This document shows positions 34,401 through 45,066 of a stretch of DNA of 64,000 nt, one piece after another; the first letter of the stretch is position 1; each line of letters begins with the position of its first letter. The translations under genes and the position numbers were made by a program. The stretch spans positions 1,050,483 through 1,114,482 of the forward strand of contig BCKQ01000006.1 of assembly GCA_001600695.1 (NCBI GenBank), given 5' to 3'. The notes under the pieces are model-generated. The model saw nothing but the letters and a program-made list of their open reading frames with translations. It was not told the DNA's origin and did no database searches. The stretch is from Ascoidea asiatica JCM 7603. Its lineage: Eukaryota > Fungi > Ascomycota.

Positions 34401-35753
34401 ATTGTTCTGTTTCTTACTTGCAATTAAATTGGATAACAGTGTTCCATTGTGAATAAGCAGCTTTGAAAATTCTGGGTTTGATACTGAGGGAAGTTTCGTT
34501 GAAGAAGATAAAAGATTAACTAAATAAATATTTTCTGAATTCTTTAAAAGAGATTTTATATAATTGTCAAAAGAATGCTGATTTGCATCAAAAGAGCGAT
34601 TAATTTCTATTTGCTTTATGGAAGAGTTCTCAGTTATTTCATAAAAAATTGGAAGATTTGATGTGATATTGGAGTGACTTATAGTGAAAAATTCATTATA
34701 TAAAATAAACTCTGTTTCAACAAAATTTGAAACATTACCTTCATCATCTAAGCCATAAGGTCCTAATACATGATCTTTCTTCCCGCAAGATATTTTTGAT
34801 ATTATTGAAATTAAATAATCTTGTTCGTACTTAACTCTTTCTTCTTTTTTTGAATTAGAATTGATTAGTTTCAAAAAAGGTAATGGAATGTAAGAATTCT
34901 CAAAATGCAAAGAAGAATTTAGTGATTGAGCAAACCCTCGTATTAAAATATTCAAGAATTTACACGAATCAAATTTTTTTTTTTGATAAGATGTTAAATT
35001 ATTTCTAAATTGAATTAATTGATCCACCAAGTACTTGTTCCAAAGAAAATTCTCATTTGGTATTATGGATGAATCCCAAAACCCAGATGTACTTCTTTCT
35101 TGAGATGTTTTTGTTAAATCAAAGCTATTTGAATAAAAAAAGGAGCCCCTTGATAATAGTTTTTTCAATGGAGAAAATGGGTATTTGAAATCCTCTTCTG
35201 GATTTTCAGATGCTTTTTCATTTTGTAAGATTCTCTCCTTTGTGATAGAGGTTTGATATATGGGAATAGCCAAATTGAATGAATTAAAAGTGGAATCGAA
35301 TTGATTAGAATTCAAGCATATAAATTCGACTTGAGAGACTCTGTAAATTTTACTTTGAGGTTTAACACTACCAGCATCTAACTTTTGACTGACAATAATC
35401 AAATAAGAAAAGTTGTTTATTGAAATCAAACCAACAATCCCATAACACTTCAATCCAAATTTTAAAGTTAAATCCGTATAATTTTTAAACTCTTTATCAT
35501 CCTGGTTGATATCGATGAATTCAACTAAGCATTTTGGGGAAGATAGCTTATTGTTTGAACTTCCTGAAGTTGAATTGAATTTATTATTTGAAGATAGTTG
35601 CTTGCTCTTATGATGATGGTGATGGTGATAGTTTGTAGTTTGATCATTTCTGGACTCATAATATGTTGAAGGTAATGGATCCCTTATAAGTAAAGCATGA
35701 TTGTTGTATTCAATTGCAATCGATCGTGGCTCTTGTTTTAAATATACATTCAT
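31410..35753 (-). CDS. INP51: Synaptojanin-like phosphoinositide 5-phosphatase with a degenerate Sac1 domain
   Basis: Sac1-like N-terminus (GLDDEGNVSNFVETE; CX5R site reads DCFSKSD); 5-phosphatase motifs WLGDFNYRI and RIPAWTDRIL; LPPPSSDTRKWW and NPF at the C-terminus. First ATG at 35753. Confidence 0.85.
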   Translation of the reverse strand: MNVYLKQEPRSIAIEYNNHALLIRDPLPSTYYESRNDQTTNYHHHHHHKSKQLSSNNKFNSTSGSSNNKLSSPKCLVEFIDINQDDKEFKNYTDLTLKFGLKCYGIVGLISINNFSYLIIVSQKLDAGSVKPQSKIYRVSQVEFICLNSNQFDSTFNSFNLAIPIYQTSITKERILQNEKASENPEEDFKYPFSPLKKLLSRGSFFYSNSFDLTKTSQERSTSGFWDSSIIPNENFLWNKYLVDQLIQFRNNLTSYQKKKFDSCKFLNILIRGFAQSLNSSLHFENSYIPLPFLKLINSNSKKEERVKYEQDYLISIISKISCGKKDHVLGPYGLDDEGNVSNFVETEFILYNEFFTISHSNITSNLPIFYEITENSSIKQIEINRSFDANQHSFDNYIKSLLKNSENIYLVNLLSSSTKLPSVSNPEFSKLLIHNGTLLSNLIASKKQNNKKDKKESLEYELLKLFMNHYDRFSKTNDNNSLNLNCVNINYKTSHILRNDKIKSELHYLFEESSFNFGCFVNINKENFLEDLDERVINMNELSQMQTGLFSFISFDCFSKSDAVYQLILKKLLKTTLKLIYSYPVSKGSQTYYQEYISEMNNEFWQRILILLHENSVQLEKIFEKFKLDIKSIKKSATIIDNNDSITNLTDDQSSDVLQSGSEKEENDGSITGMNRSNMDIKTLHKEKKQKKLKTKGFLNNFAGITVSTSKKLFNNLSNYNYNNLIGNEEYLIRKRNAIINSILGNYENIEFIEDLSKKVNFTASKIMIFDPLGDYVKKELRKLSKKFSYKKDISIFAGTFNINAERYEGSLSHWLFSEENHNHLLKVKLQEFEKNTKKKNSYDSGKASSSISIVPSVDDLLSEKKLNTVANLDVNYLTPHLNASNPSFISNNSQGYYSCNEDDDKGETDFQNFKESYCDLKEENDFEEHIKEGRSESLALEYGSKKISEIDMDLKIEDKAIYEYDLLPDMYFIGLEEVVELTPGQMINTDFTNKKFWEIKILKELNSRVKKIFKYQQLQEKISNEANSIIDQKKYVMLWGGQLGGILLLVYIKNYQFKHIKNIESSIKKTGSFGLANKGGMALSFKYSDTKFCFITSHLAAGLNNTEERHNNFKALVKSLKFSGNKTIRDHDIIIWLGDFNYRILMSNDEVRELIKQKKFSKLFEHDQLNNQMINGESFPYYEEMEIKFPPTYKFNKNESTYDLSEKMRIPAWTDRILSRSSNTNNLKQLTYGCANEIKFSDHRPVYGLFESKVNIINESIKNDITQKLYDKCKNKVGGVNNLINLDIVELSKKLNLNISNKAIQPHSLKRTSSKSTTMLINDVIKEDFKNEEQNKSIYGDNNKINHKNAITNENKNSEKSSNNSQDNFERDKEPANNISLPPPSSDTRKWWLDDKQMAKVNLLTDKDEENSFLIINPDRSKNPFEDNGEPDFILIDNSRRGSSK

Positions 35754-36463
35754 ATTAATGTTTTCTTTGCAGTAGCATTTACTGAATATTAATTTAATGA
35801 TAGTATTGAAATAGAGATAAAGAAGGACTTTTTGATAATCAAACAGATACAAAAATTTGATAGCCGTTAACTATTGTCAGAGAAAACTCAAAATATGAGG
35901 AAAAGTAGCATTAAATTATTTGAGCCCGTTTTTATAACCTACTATTAAAAAATTTGTTACAAATATTACCAGTAAAGAATTTAGCAGTTAACTTTTGCTT
36001 CTTTAAAGCTTTATTTATTGGAAACTACAATTTAATAGTATTGAATACCTTTTTGAAAAAACAAGAAAAATCTATTTGTATGTATAACCATTGTTAGAAG
36101 TCATCATAATAAAACCGCAAACATAAAGACACCAGTTCTTTATTGCTCAAAAATTTAATAGAAAAGAAAATTCATCAACAACAAAAAAAAAATGTATAAT
36201 TTTAAATTTAAAAATCTAAGATAAAGAAAAGAAAATATAAGAAAAATAAACCAAATATATAAATTTTTTAAAACGAGAATCCAATAAGAGCCAAAATATT
36301 GAGAACAGAATGAATTTGTAGAATAAATAGAATGATAAAGCATTGAATAACGGTAATATAAATGAACATCAATAAACCCCAAAAGAAAAGAAAAAAAAAA
36401 TAAAAATTTATAAAAAAATAATAACCATTAAAATTACCAAAACTGTTATCAAACATTTGCAAA

Positions 36464-39334
36464 TCACATATTACTATGAAGTGCTTTAACTGCAGCTTCT
36501 GATCTCTTTGAGCTCTCGCTATCTTTTAAATGTCCTCTATCATCCAAATCTACAGTACCTGCACTTTCGAATATAGAAACATCTCCAATTAATAGACCAA
36601 TAGTATCTAAAACATCTTTGGGATCAACTAAATGTGCCTTCGCAATTGTTCTTTTTGAAGCAGGACCAACTGTTGTTGGATAAAGTCCAAAATTTCCAAA
36701 TTTATTAACACTTGGAAACTTTCTTGATTCAGTTTCAGTTAACCATTGAGATTCAATATCATTTAAAGATTTAAACATATCTTCATCAGTTTTGTCATCA
36801 CCTAGACATAGAACAAAATCAGGATATTCCTGATTTTTAGTATATTCGTATTTACTTTCATCATTATAATCTTTATATTCAGAAACTAATCTTCTAACAA
36901 TTTCACCTTTATTAACAAATTTTGGTCTAACTTCAATGTTTGCTTTACCACTCATAACTTCAACATCATATTTTAAAGCAACAGTATTATTTAAATGCTG
37001 TTTCAACTCTCTACTTTGAAATTCACCAAATTCAGGATCTGCTCTTCTATAGTGCCAAGTTAAAGCTACTTTTTTTTTTTCAATAAATGATCCTGGAGTT
37101 CTTTCTGTATAATAAGTAAAAATTTCTTCAACATCTTTTTGCCATGCCATATTAAAACTTTCAGCTAAATTTATCCATTTTTCAGAATTAATTGATTTCA
37201 TAAAACAACCATGTTCTGCAGATAAACCTAATTTTTTATTATGAGAACCTAACCAAGTTTCAAGAAATTTTTGATCTCTACCAGAAATAATCCAAATTTG
37301 ATTTTTTGGATCTTTTGATAATTTATCTAAGAAATTTAACAATCTAATTGAAGGAATTGCAGCAGAAGGTTCTTTAACAATAGGAGTTAAAGTACCATCA
37401 TAATCAAATAAAAATAATCTTCTTTTAGCAGAATTATAATTATTAAATAATAAAGGTCTATTTAAAGCTGGAGTTGAATGACTATGATCTTTCATATTTG
37501 ATAATTCATCAATTAAATGGGATAAAAATTTAGATGTCCAAGTTTGAATAGTATTTGAAGTTACATGATTATATAATTTTTTTTGCATTACTGCTTTTTT
37601 TTCAATTGGCATTAATAAGCATTCATTAATCATTTTTGCAACGCCAACAGAATCCCAAGGATTAACCAAAACTGCATCAGATAAAACAGTTGCGGTACCG
37701 GAAAATTCAGATAAAATTAAAGGAGATTTATTATATTTTTGACAAACAACAAATTCTAAAGAAGTTGTATTCATACCGTCTCTAACAGAAGTTATTAAAC
37801 CTAAATCAGCAACTCTTAATAAAGCAAGATATTCATCTTTTGCGACTCTCATTTGATAATGTTGAACAGGAGTTGAATGTAAAGAGCCATAAGTACCATT
37901 AATATGAGATACTAATTCTTGTACATCTTTTTCAACAGAAATACTTGCATGTTCATGTAAATAAGCAGGAGAAGAAACTTGAATTAAAACAACTTTATCT
38001 TTCCAAGAAGGATACATTGAAAGAAACATTTCAAAAGCTTGTAATTTTTGAATAACACCTCTAACAGTATCTAAACGATCTCTACCAATAATAATTTTTT
38101 TATTTGGGTATAAATTTCTAATTGAATTGACTTTTTTAATAATATTTGAATTATTAAAAGCATCATTTTCAATTTTTGAAGTATCAATACCAATTGGTAA
38201 AGCATCAACATTAATATAAGAACCATAAGCAGTTATAGAATTTGGAGTTGCTTCACAACCTAATAATCTTGTACATGAAGAAATAAAATGTCTTGCAAAA
38301 GAATAAGACTGAAAGCCAATTTTATTTGAACCTAACATACCATCAAGTATTGATTTTCTTTTTGAAAGACATCTAAAATATTCACTTGAAGGAAATGGAG
38401 CATGAATAAATAAACCAATAAAAGAATTTGGTAATTGCATTCTTAATAGTTGTGGTAATAATAATAAATAATAATCATGAATCCAAATAATATCACCCTT
38501 TTTATAAATTTGAATAATTTTAGAAGCATAAGCTTCATTAAATTTAACATAATCAAACCACCATTGTTCTTCTTCTTTACCATCAGAAGGAACAGGTTGA
38601 ATATAATGAAAAGCAGGCCAAAGTACATTTTCTGCATATTTTCTCCAACGTTGTTGATCTTTTCTTAATAACCAAATTGGATGAATATTATCAGATTTAT
38701 TTGCAATTTTTAATTTATTCTCAATATTTTTTTTATCATTATCATCTAAGTATAAAGGATCTGAACTTATACTTTGATTATTATTATTATTATTATTATT
38801 ACTCGAATTTGAACTTGTATTTGAATCATTATTATTGTTATTGTTGTTGTTGCTGTTGTTAACATTATTATTTTGTAATTCACCAGTCCAAGCAATCAAA
38901 TGAGTATCCCATTTTGTTTGTTGATCTAAGAAATAAAAAGAAGAATATAAAGCAGAATTACCTCTAATATGTTTAATTGACCAATCATTTGTTTTTGCAT
39001 CTTTGAATATTTGATTTGGTAAAACAGTTGTACAATTTAATATTCTTCCAGATAATATTGGTTTTTCAGAAATTGGAGTAGTATTTAACATTGAAGTTTG
39101 AATTGTATTTTGATTTGAAATTGAAGAAGAATTTAAATTAGATGAAGATGAAGATGAAGATGAAGAAACAGAAGCTGAATGTGATGGAGATACAGTTAAT
39201 GGAGTAAATGATTCAGGAGAAGAAAAAGAAGAAGAAGCAGAAGAAGCAGATACAGATTGTTGAGGAGGTTGAAATATTTTAGTATCAGCTGGAAAAGCAT
39301 AAGCTTCTTCATCAGGCTTATTGACAATTGTCAT
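36464..39334 (-). CDS. TPS2: Trehalose-6-phosphate phosphatase subunit
   Basis: GT20-like domain (WIHDYYLLLLPQLLR, RDGMNTTSLEF) plus HAD domain (FLFDYDGTLTPIV, GDDKTDEDMF). ATG at 39334. Confidence 0.96.
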   Translation of the reverse strand: MTIVNKPDEEAYAFPADTKIFQPPQQSVSASSASSSFSSPESFTPLTVSPSHSASVSSSSSSSSSNLNSSSISNQNTIQTSMLNTTPISEKPILSGRILNCTTVLPNQIFKDAKTNDWSIKHIRGNSALYSSFYFLDQQTKWDTHLIAWTGELQNNNVNNSNNNNNNNNDSNTSSNSSNNNNNNNNQSISSDPLYLDDNDKKNIENKLKIANKSDNIHPIWLLRKDQQRWRKYAENVLWPAFHYIQPVPSDGKEEEQWWFDYVKFNEAYASKIIQIYKKGDIIWIHDYYLLLLPQLLRMQLPNSFIGLFIHAPFPSSEYFRCLSKRKSILDGMLGSNKIGFQSYSFARHFISSCTRLLGCEATPNSITAYGSYINVDALPIGIDTSKIENDAFNNSNIIKKVNSIRNLYPNKKIIIGRDRLDTVRGVIQKLQAFEMFLSMYPSWKDKVVLIQVSSPAYLHEHASISVEKDVQELVSHINGTYGSLHSTPVQHYQMRVAKDEYLALLRVADLGLITSVRDGMNTTSLEFVVCQKYNKSPLILSEFSGTATVLSDAVLVNPWDSVGVAKMINECLLMPIEKKAVMQKKLYNHVTSNTIQTWTSKFLSHLIDELSNMKDHSHSTPALNRPLLFNNYNSAKRRLFLFDYDGTLTPIVKEPSAAIPSIRLLNFLDKLSKDPKNQIWIISGRDQKFLETWLGSHNKKLGLSAEHGCFMKSINSEKWINLAESFNMAWQKDVEEIFTYYTERTPGSFIEKKKVALTWHYRRADPEFGEFQSRELKQHLNNTVALKYDVEVMSGKANIEVRPKFVNKGEIVRRLVSEYKDYNDESKYEYTKNQEYPDFVLCLGDDKTDEDMFKSLNDIESQWLTETESRKFPSVNKFGNFGLYPTTVGPASKRTIAKAHLVDPKDVLDTIGLLIGDVSIFESAGTVDLDDRGHLKDSESSKRSEAAVKALHSNM

Positions 39335-39499
39335 TTTATAAGTGATAAAAGTAAGCAAATATCAGGAGTAATATAAGTGATAAAAAGAGTATCAAAAAAA
39401 TAAAGAGAATAAAATACTAGTTGTGTTGTTGTTGATATTGGATATTTTATATTCAATGATTGATATCTTATATTGGATATTGAATATTGAAGATTAAAA

Positions 39500-39830
39500 T
39501 ACGAGAGACGTTGAAGCAGCGAAAAGAGAGAGGAATCGAGCTGCATTTTATATCGATCAGAAGCGCGATAAACGCCGTAGCGCCATACTGGAGCGACTCG
39601 AGCGACTCGAGCGACTCGACTGCGGGAGGAGAGGAGGCCCAACGATCCTCCGCGCGCGCTGTCGAACGTGGGCCCGTGGTGTCTCTCCTCTGTCTTTCTT
39701 CTGTCTTTCTTCTCTGCAGTGTCTTTGGCGGTGAGTCTCCCGGAGCATTCAGAATCACCACCACTTTCTTTACTTTCTTCACTTTCTTCTTTTCCACCAC
39801 TTTCGCCACTTTCACCATTCGATCCTTTTT
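39500..39830. promoter_or_regulatory. GC-rich island in the TPS2/SMF divergent intergenic region with (GAGCGACTC)x3
   Basis: Abruptly GC-rich relative to the flanks; 9-bp tandem repeat at about 39591-39618; followed by a polypyrimidine tract. Confidence 0.55.
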
Positions 39831-40910
39831 ATTTTCTAATTTCCTTTTGTTTCCCTTCTTTTTACTGTACCGGTAAATCTACTTGAATTCAAACAAAACA
39901 CAATCATTCAAAACAACAAAAACAACCCATTTAAACTTAAAGATTTGCTTTTTTATGTCTAAGACATTCGTTCTTTCGCTTCCACGAGAAAAGATTAGAT
40001 TGGTCTTTTGTAAAAATACTGAAAATTAATAGTAAACTCTCACTCCATTAAAATTCTTCGAATCAAATTGGATCTTTTGATTCATTATCCAATTCAATTA
40101 TATTCATATTCATATTCATATTCATTTTACTATCCATATCAATATTTATCCTCATATTCTTATTCTTTTTTTGTAATTGTCATTGTAATTCTCGTTCAAA
40201 GTCATATTCATTTATTCGACATCAAATCATCGAATCAAATTAAATAGTGCCAATTCAATTAAATTAAATGCAATTAATTTAAATTGGATTTCACCTTAAA
40301 ATCAATTTCCTCTATTATTTCTTTTTATTTTCACTCTGAATGTCGATTCCTATTCGTTTACATCAACTGGTAAATAAATAATCTGAAGTTGAAAAACTAA
40401 AATCTAAAATCTAAAATCTCAAGTATTTTATCTGCAATGTGACTCTTTACTCTATGTTTACCCTTTCTTTCAATAAGTAATTCCTAACCTAACATAACCC
40501 ATAATGTAATTTAAAATCATTTAATATATTATCTCAATATTATTCTCCCTCTCCCTATTTTCTTATCTCACATATCTGAATAATTTATCCGGATTTTACT
40601 CTTATTAACTTACACTCCACAATAATCATTACCTTTCTTACATTACCGGTAGGTATCCTTTACTGCCACCCTTACCACAGTAACGTTACAGATTTAAGTC
40701 TAATTAATCCGTTGTCAAATTTATTTGACTACCGATGTTAAATATTAGATATTCAATATTCACTATTGAATAATAATAATAATAATAAAAACTGAATAAC
40801 TTTATTATTTCTTAATCAAATTCCTCATATAATTTATTTTCTTTATATCTTTTTTATTTTGATTTGGTATCATTATCATTATTCATTAACAATACCTATA
40901 TTTCAATCAT

Positions 40911-42845
40911 ATGTCTCCTTTAAATAATTTCCCTTTAAATAATTTCCCTTTAAATAATTTCCCTTTAAATAATTTCCCTTTAAATAATTTCCCTTTAAAT
41001 AATTCCGCTTTAGTTCCTTCTAATTCCAATTCTACTTCTGCTTCTGCTCCTGTTTCTACTTCAAGATTTAATACAATAAACGATCTAGATCCTATTACTT
41101 TATTTCAAAGTACTTTATCTGGTGGTATAAGATCTTCAAATAGTATCACCAATAATATCACCAATAATAGCAATAATAAGAAGAAAAGTAAGAATATCAA
41201 TGAGAAATTATCTGAAGTTTCTGAAGTTATTAAAGTTGATAAATCCAATAAACATGTTTCATATTTACTTTCAATTTTCAAAAAATATTTAAAGTTTATT
41301 GGTCCAGGTTTAATGGTATCTGTTGCTTATATGGACCCTGGTAATTATTCAACTGATGTCCAAGCTGGTGCAAAAAATAAATACTCTTTATTATTTATAA
41401 TATTGTTATCCAATCTAATTGCTATTTTTTTACAATCTTTATGTATAAAATTAGGCTCTTCAACTGGCTTAGATCTTGCAAGAATTTGCAAAAAATATTT
41501 GCCAAATTATTTAAATATTATTTTGTATTTCTTTGCAGAATGTGCAATAATTGCAACTGATATTGCTGAAGTTATTGGTACTGCAATAGCTTTAAATATT
41601 TTATTAAAAATTCCTTTATCCGCTGGTGTAATAATAACTTGCATTGATGTACTTTTTGTTCTATTAGCTTATAAACCTGGTTCCTCATTAAATTTTGTTA
41701 GATTATTTGAATATTTTGTTGCTTTATTAGTTCTTGCCGTTGTTATTTGTTTTTCAATTGAACTAGCTTTTATTTCAAATGTAAATTTAAAAGAGTTATT
41801 TAAAGGTTATTTGCCTTCAAATCAAATTTTTAAAAATAATGGTATTTATACCTCTGTTTCAATCTTAGGTGCAACTGTTATGCCTCATTCTTTATTCTTA
41901 GGTTCTGCTTTAGTTCAACCAAGATTGAGAGAATATGATTTAGATAATGGTTATATTAAATTAAATTCTTCTAATTCATTAAATTCAAATCCGGATTCAA
42001 ACCTTAGCTCAAATAATAACAATAATAATAATGATGATGAGGATGATTATTATAATTATAAACCTTCTGCAAATGCAATTAAATATGCTTATAAGTATTC
42101 TGTAATTGAATTAACTATAACTTTATTCACTTTTGCTTTATTCGTTAATTCTGCAATATTAATTGTATCCGGTTCAACCTTATATGGTAATTCTGATGCT
42201 GTTGATGCTGATTTATATTCAATTCATGATTTATTATCAACTTCTTTAGCTCCAATAGCTGGTACTATTTTTATGCTAGCTTTATTATTTAGTGGCCAAA
42301 GTGCTGGAATAGTTTGTACAATTGCTGGACAAATTGTTTCTGAGGGTTTTTTAAATTGGACTTTAAAACCTTGGCTTAGAAGAATAATTACAAGAGGAAT
42401 TGCAATTATACCTTGTTTAATAATTACTTTGTCAATTGGAAAAGATGGTTTAAGTTTAGCCCTAAATGCATCTCAAGTTGTTTTATCTATATTATTACCT
42501 TTTTTAACCGCTCCTTTGATATATTTTACTTCATTAAAAAAATATATGAATGTTGAAATTAATTCAAACTCAGATGAATTTGACAATATCATAAATAATT
42601 CTACTACTATTATTACTGATATTACTAATGATACTGATGCCAATAACAATAACAATGATAATAATATCAATGATCAACTCACAGAAGAAAATAATTCCGA
42701 ATCTAAGGAATTAGAAACCAAAAGTTATTTAGATATGTCAAATAATTTATTCACAACCATTCTTGCTATTGCAATTTGGATTTTTATAACTATTCTAAAT
42801 GTTTATGTTATTGTTAATATGGCCATGAATGGTATTGATGATTAG
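40911..42845 (+). CDS. SMF1: NRAMP-family divalent metal transporter (Smf1/Smf2-like)
   Basis: FIGPGLMVSVAYMDPGNY, ILGATVMPHSLFLGS, GQSAGIVCTIAGQIVSEG. The SMF1 vs SMF2 assignment is tentative. Confidence 0.88.
   Translation: MSPLNNFPLNNFPLNNFPLNNFPLNNFPLNNSALVPSNSNSTSASAPVSTSRFNTINDLDPITLFQSTLSGGIRSSNSITNNITNNSNNKKKSKNINEKLSEVSEVIKVDKSNKHVSYLLSIFKKYLKFIGPGLMVSVAYMDPGNYSTDVQAGAKNKYSLLFIILLSNLIAIFLQSLCIKLGSSTGLDLARICKKYLPNYLNIILYFFAECAIIATDIAEVIGTAIALNILLKIPLSAGVIITCIDVLFVLLAYKPGSSLNFVRLFEYFVALLVLAVVICFSIELAFISNVNLKELFKGYLPSNQIFKNNGIYTSVSILGATVMPHSLFLGSALVQPRLREYDLDNGYIKLNSSNSLNSNPDSNLSSNNNNNNNDDEDDYYNYKPSANAIKYAYKYSVIELTITLFTFALFVNSAILIVSGSTLYGNSDAVDADLYSIHDLLSTSLAPIAGTIFMLALLFSGQSAGIVCTIAGQIVSEGFLNWTLKPWLRRIITRGIAIIPCLIITLSIGKDGLSLALNASQVVLSILLPFLTAPLIYFTSLKKYMNVEINSNSDEFDNIINNSTTIITDITNDTDANNNNNDNNINDQLTEENNSESKELETKSYLDMSNNLFTTILAIAIWIFITILNVYVIVNMAMNGIDD
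40917..41005 (+). repeat. Coding 15-bp minisatellite (CCTTTAAATAATTTC)x5 plus a partial copy, encoding PLNNF repeats
   Basis: Perfect tandem copies immediately after the SMF start codon. Confidence 0.95.
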
Positions 42846-43239
42846 ATGTTTTGTTATATTCATAAACTATATCTTTTTGTACTTCTTTATTTGTATTGGT
42901 GCTTTTTTTTTTCTTTTTTTTCTCATATTTTTCTACTTTATTTTTAGTTTTGTATTTTTAAGAAACATTTATTTTTATTAAAAGTTGAAAAAAACCAGTA
43001 GATCGATCCACAAAAAAATCTAAAAAAGTTTAAAAAAAAACTATACAACAGGGGAAAGTAAATAAATAAATTAAATGAGTTATCATAAGGAAAACAATTA
43101 CAAGCTAAAAAAAACTTTGAATTGAATCAAATGAATTAAAAAAATAAAAATTAATTTTTGAAAAAATAAACATAATATAACAAATAAGCAAAAAAAGAAA
43201 GCATTTTAAAAGAAGAATGGCTTAACCAAAAATAATCAA

Positions 43240-45066
43240 TTAAGAATTAAATAAAAGAGAAGTTTTACTTTTGAATTGAACAGGATTAGATGTTGTGAGT
43301 AATTTAGAATCTTTACTTATATTATTGTTGGCTTCTGAATGTTTTATATTAGTGATATTATTCAGATTAATATTTGAAGAAGTATTAGAATTATCATTTG
43401 AAGAAGAACAATAAAATAAATCGGGAAGATTTGGTAATTTATCATTCTGTTGATTATCATTTAAATTTAAAACTTGATTCAGATCTTCAATTCTTTTCAG
43501 AGACAGAGTTTTATTAGCATTTGAATTATTAAAACTATGAGGAGGTAATGGTGGTAGAGAAGTTCCTGGACTTATACCACTTCCTGGAAAAAATTGAAAT
43601 TCGGGTGACACGCCATTTGCATCACCATTAATTTGAAAAGTTGACATTGGATTAGTATAGTTAAAATCTTTAAAAATTGAATCTTTACCTGAAACAATAT
43701 TATCAGAATTATTAATAGTATTATCAACACCTCCATAGGCTAATAAAAAGTCTTGAGGAGCTAATGGAGTTAGTTCATTTGATTGTATTTTATTAGAAGT
43801 AATTTGTTGATTTAATTGTAAATTATATTTCGGCTGTTGAAATTTGATATAATTATTGTTACTGTTATTGTTTAGATTATTGGTTATATTATAATCAAAA
43901 AAGGGATTTCTGAAACGAATATCATCAGCTTTTGAAGTATTTTTATTATTTATATTGTTAATAGGTTTATTTAAAAATAAATTTTTTCTTAAAGAAGAAT
44001 ATGCATTTGAATTATTTGAATTTAATATCATTTGACTATTTGGATCATTTGCATAAGGATAATTATCAATAAATTGATTCAAAGAAGTATTATAATCTTG
44101 AGAATAATTCAATTGATTATAAATAATTAATAATAATATTAAAAGATCTAGAATTGATAAAATTAAATGATAATAATCATCTGAATCAAATTTTCTAAAA
44201 TTTATAATTAGTAGGTTTTTTCTGTCAAATTTTAAATGATTATCATTATTAAATATAAGAGACAAATTTGATATAATATTTAATAAGAAAAATAATTTTG
44301 AAATTGAGATAACTTTATGAGATAATAAAATTGAAGATATTAAAAAAATTCTTGAAATAAAATAAAAAAAAATTGAAAGACAAGTTAATATAAATATAGA
44401 TTTATAAAGTTTATAAAATAATTGTTGATTTTGATCATTATTTGGAGATTTTTTTTTTTTTTTTTTTTTTTTAAACATATTAAAAGATATATCTAAACTT
44501 GAATCTAAATGTAAATTTAATGAATGTATATCTATATCAATATCTATAGGTGAAGCATGAGCGGTTGGTAATTTTGAAGATATAAATAATATTGAAGATT
44601 TGATTAAAGAATTATTTGAATCATTTGAACTTATAGTATTTGTAGTATTTGTAGTTATATTTGTATTACGCCTAATATTATTTGATCTTTTATAATTTTT
44701 ATAATAAAACTTTTGAAATATTAATATTAAATCTAGAAATAAATACCAAAAATATATTAATAAATGGCAATTTATATTGTTATCATCCTCATTTTTATGT
44801 TGGTTATTATTTTGATTAGAAATAAATTGAATATCTATTGAAGATAATTTTATAGTAAATATAAATATTAATAAAGAAGAAATATCGTATAAAAACCAAG
44901 AATATAAGAATGGAAAAGATAGAGAAAAATTTGAATTTTTATAAGTATAATTTTTATAAATCTGAGGTAATTTTGCAAATAATGGAATAATAATAGAAAT
45001 TTTTGAAGAAGATAATAGTGATTTCATAAATTTTATTATTTTAAAGAATAAAAATATTGGAGCCAT
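43240..45066 (-). CDS. Divergent PQ-loop membrane protein (Ypq/Rtc2-like N-terminus, long Asn-rich tail)
   Basis: LPQIYKNYTYKNSNFSLSFPFLYSWFLYDISSL is a PQ-loop repeat; the second repeat is degenerate (FISRIFLI); several TM segments. Confidence 0.65.
   Translation of the reverse strand: MAPIFLFFKIIKFMKSLLSSSKISIIIPLFAKLPQIYKNYTYKNSNFSLSFPFLYSWFLYDISSLLIFIFTIKLSSIDIQFISNQNNNQHKNEDDNNINCHLLIYFWYLFLDLILIFQKFYYKNYKRSNNIRRNTNITTNTTNTISSNDSNNSLIKSSILFISSKLPTAHASPIDIDIDIHSLNLHLDSSLDISFNMFKKKKKKKKSPNNDQNQQLFYKLYKSIFILTCLSIFFYFISRIFLISSILLSHKVISISKLFFLLNIISNLSLIFNNDNHLKFDRKNLLIINFRKFDSDDYYHLILSILDLLILLLIIYNQLNYSQDYNTSLNQFIDNYPYANDPNSQMILNSNNSNAYSSLRKNLFLNKPINNINNKNTSKADDIRFRNPFFDYNITNNLNNNSNNNYIKFQQPKYNLQLNQQITSNKIQSNELTPLAPQDFLLAYGGVDNTINNSDNIVSGKDSIFKDFNYTNPMSTFQINGDANGVSPEFQFFPGSGISPGTSLPPLPPHSFNNSNANKTLSLKRIEDLNQVLNLNDNQQNDKLPNLPDLFYCSSSNDNSNTSSNINLNNITNIKHSEANNNISKDSKLLTTSNPVQFKSKTSLLFNS

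Noticed and set aside
36155-36462. Phe/Ile-rich short ORFs downstream of TPS2
   Set aside because: Translation of a T-rich 3'-UTR/terminator; no coding signal.
39331-39886. Five overlapping ORFs in the GC-rich island
   Set aside because: High GC removes stop codons; non-ATG starts, no recognisable domains, atypical codon usage.
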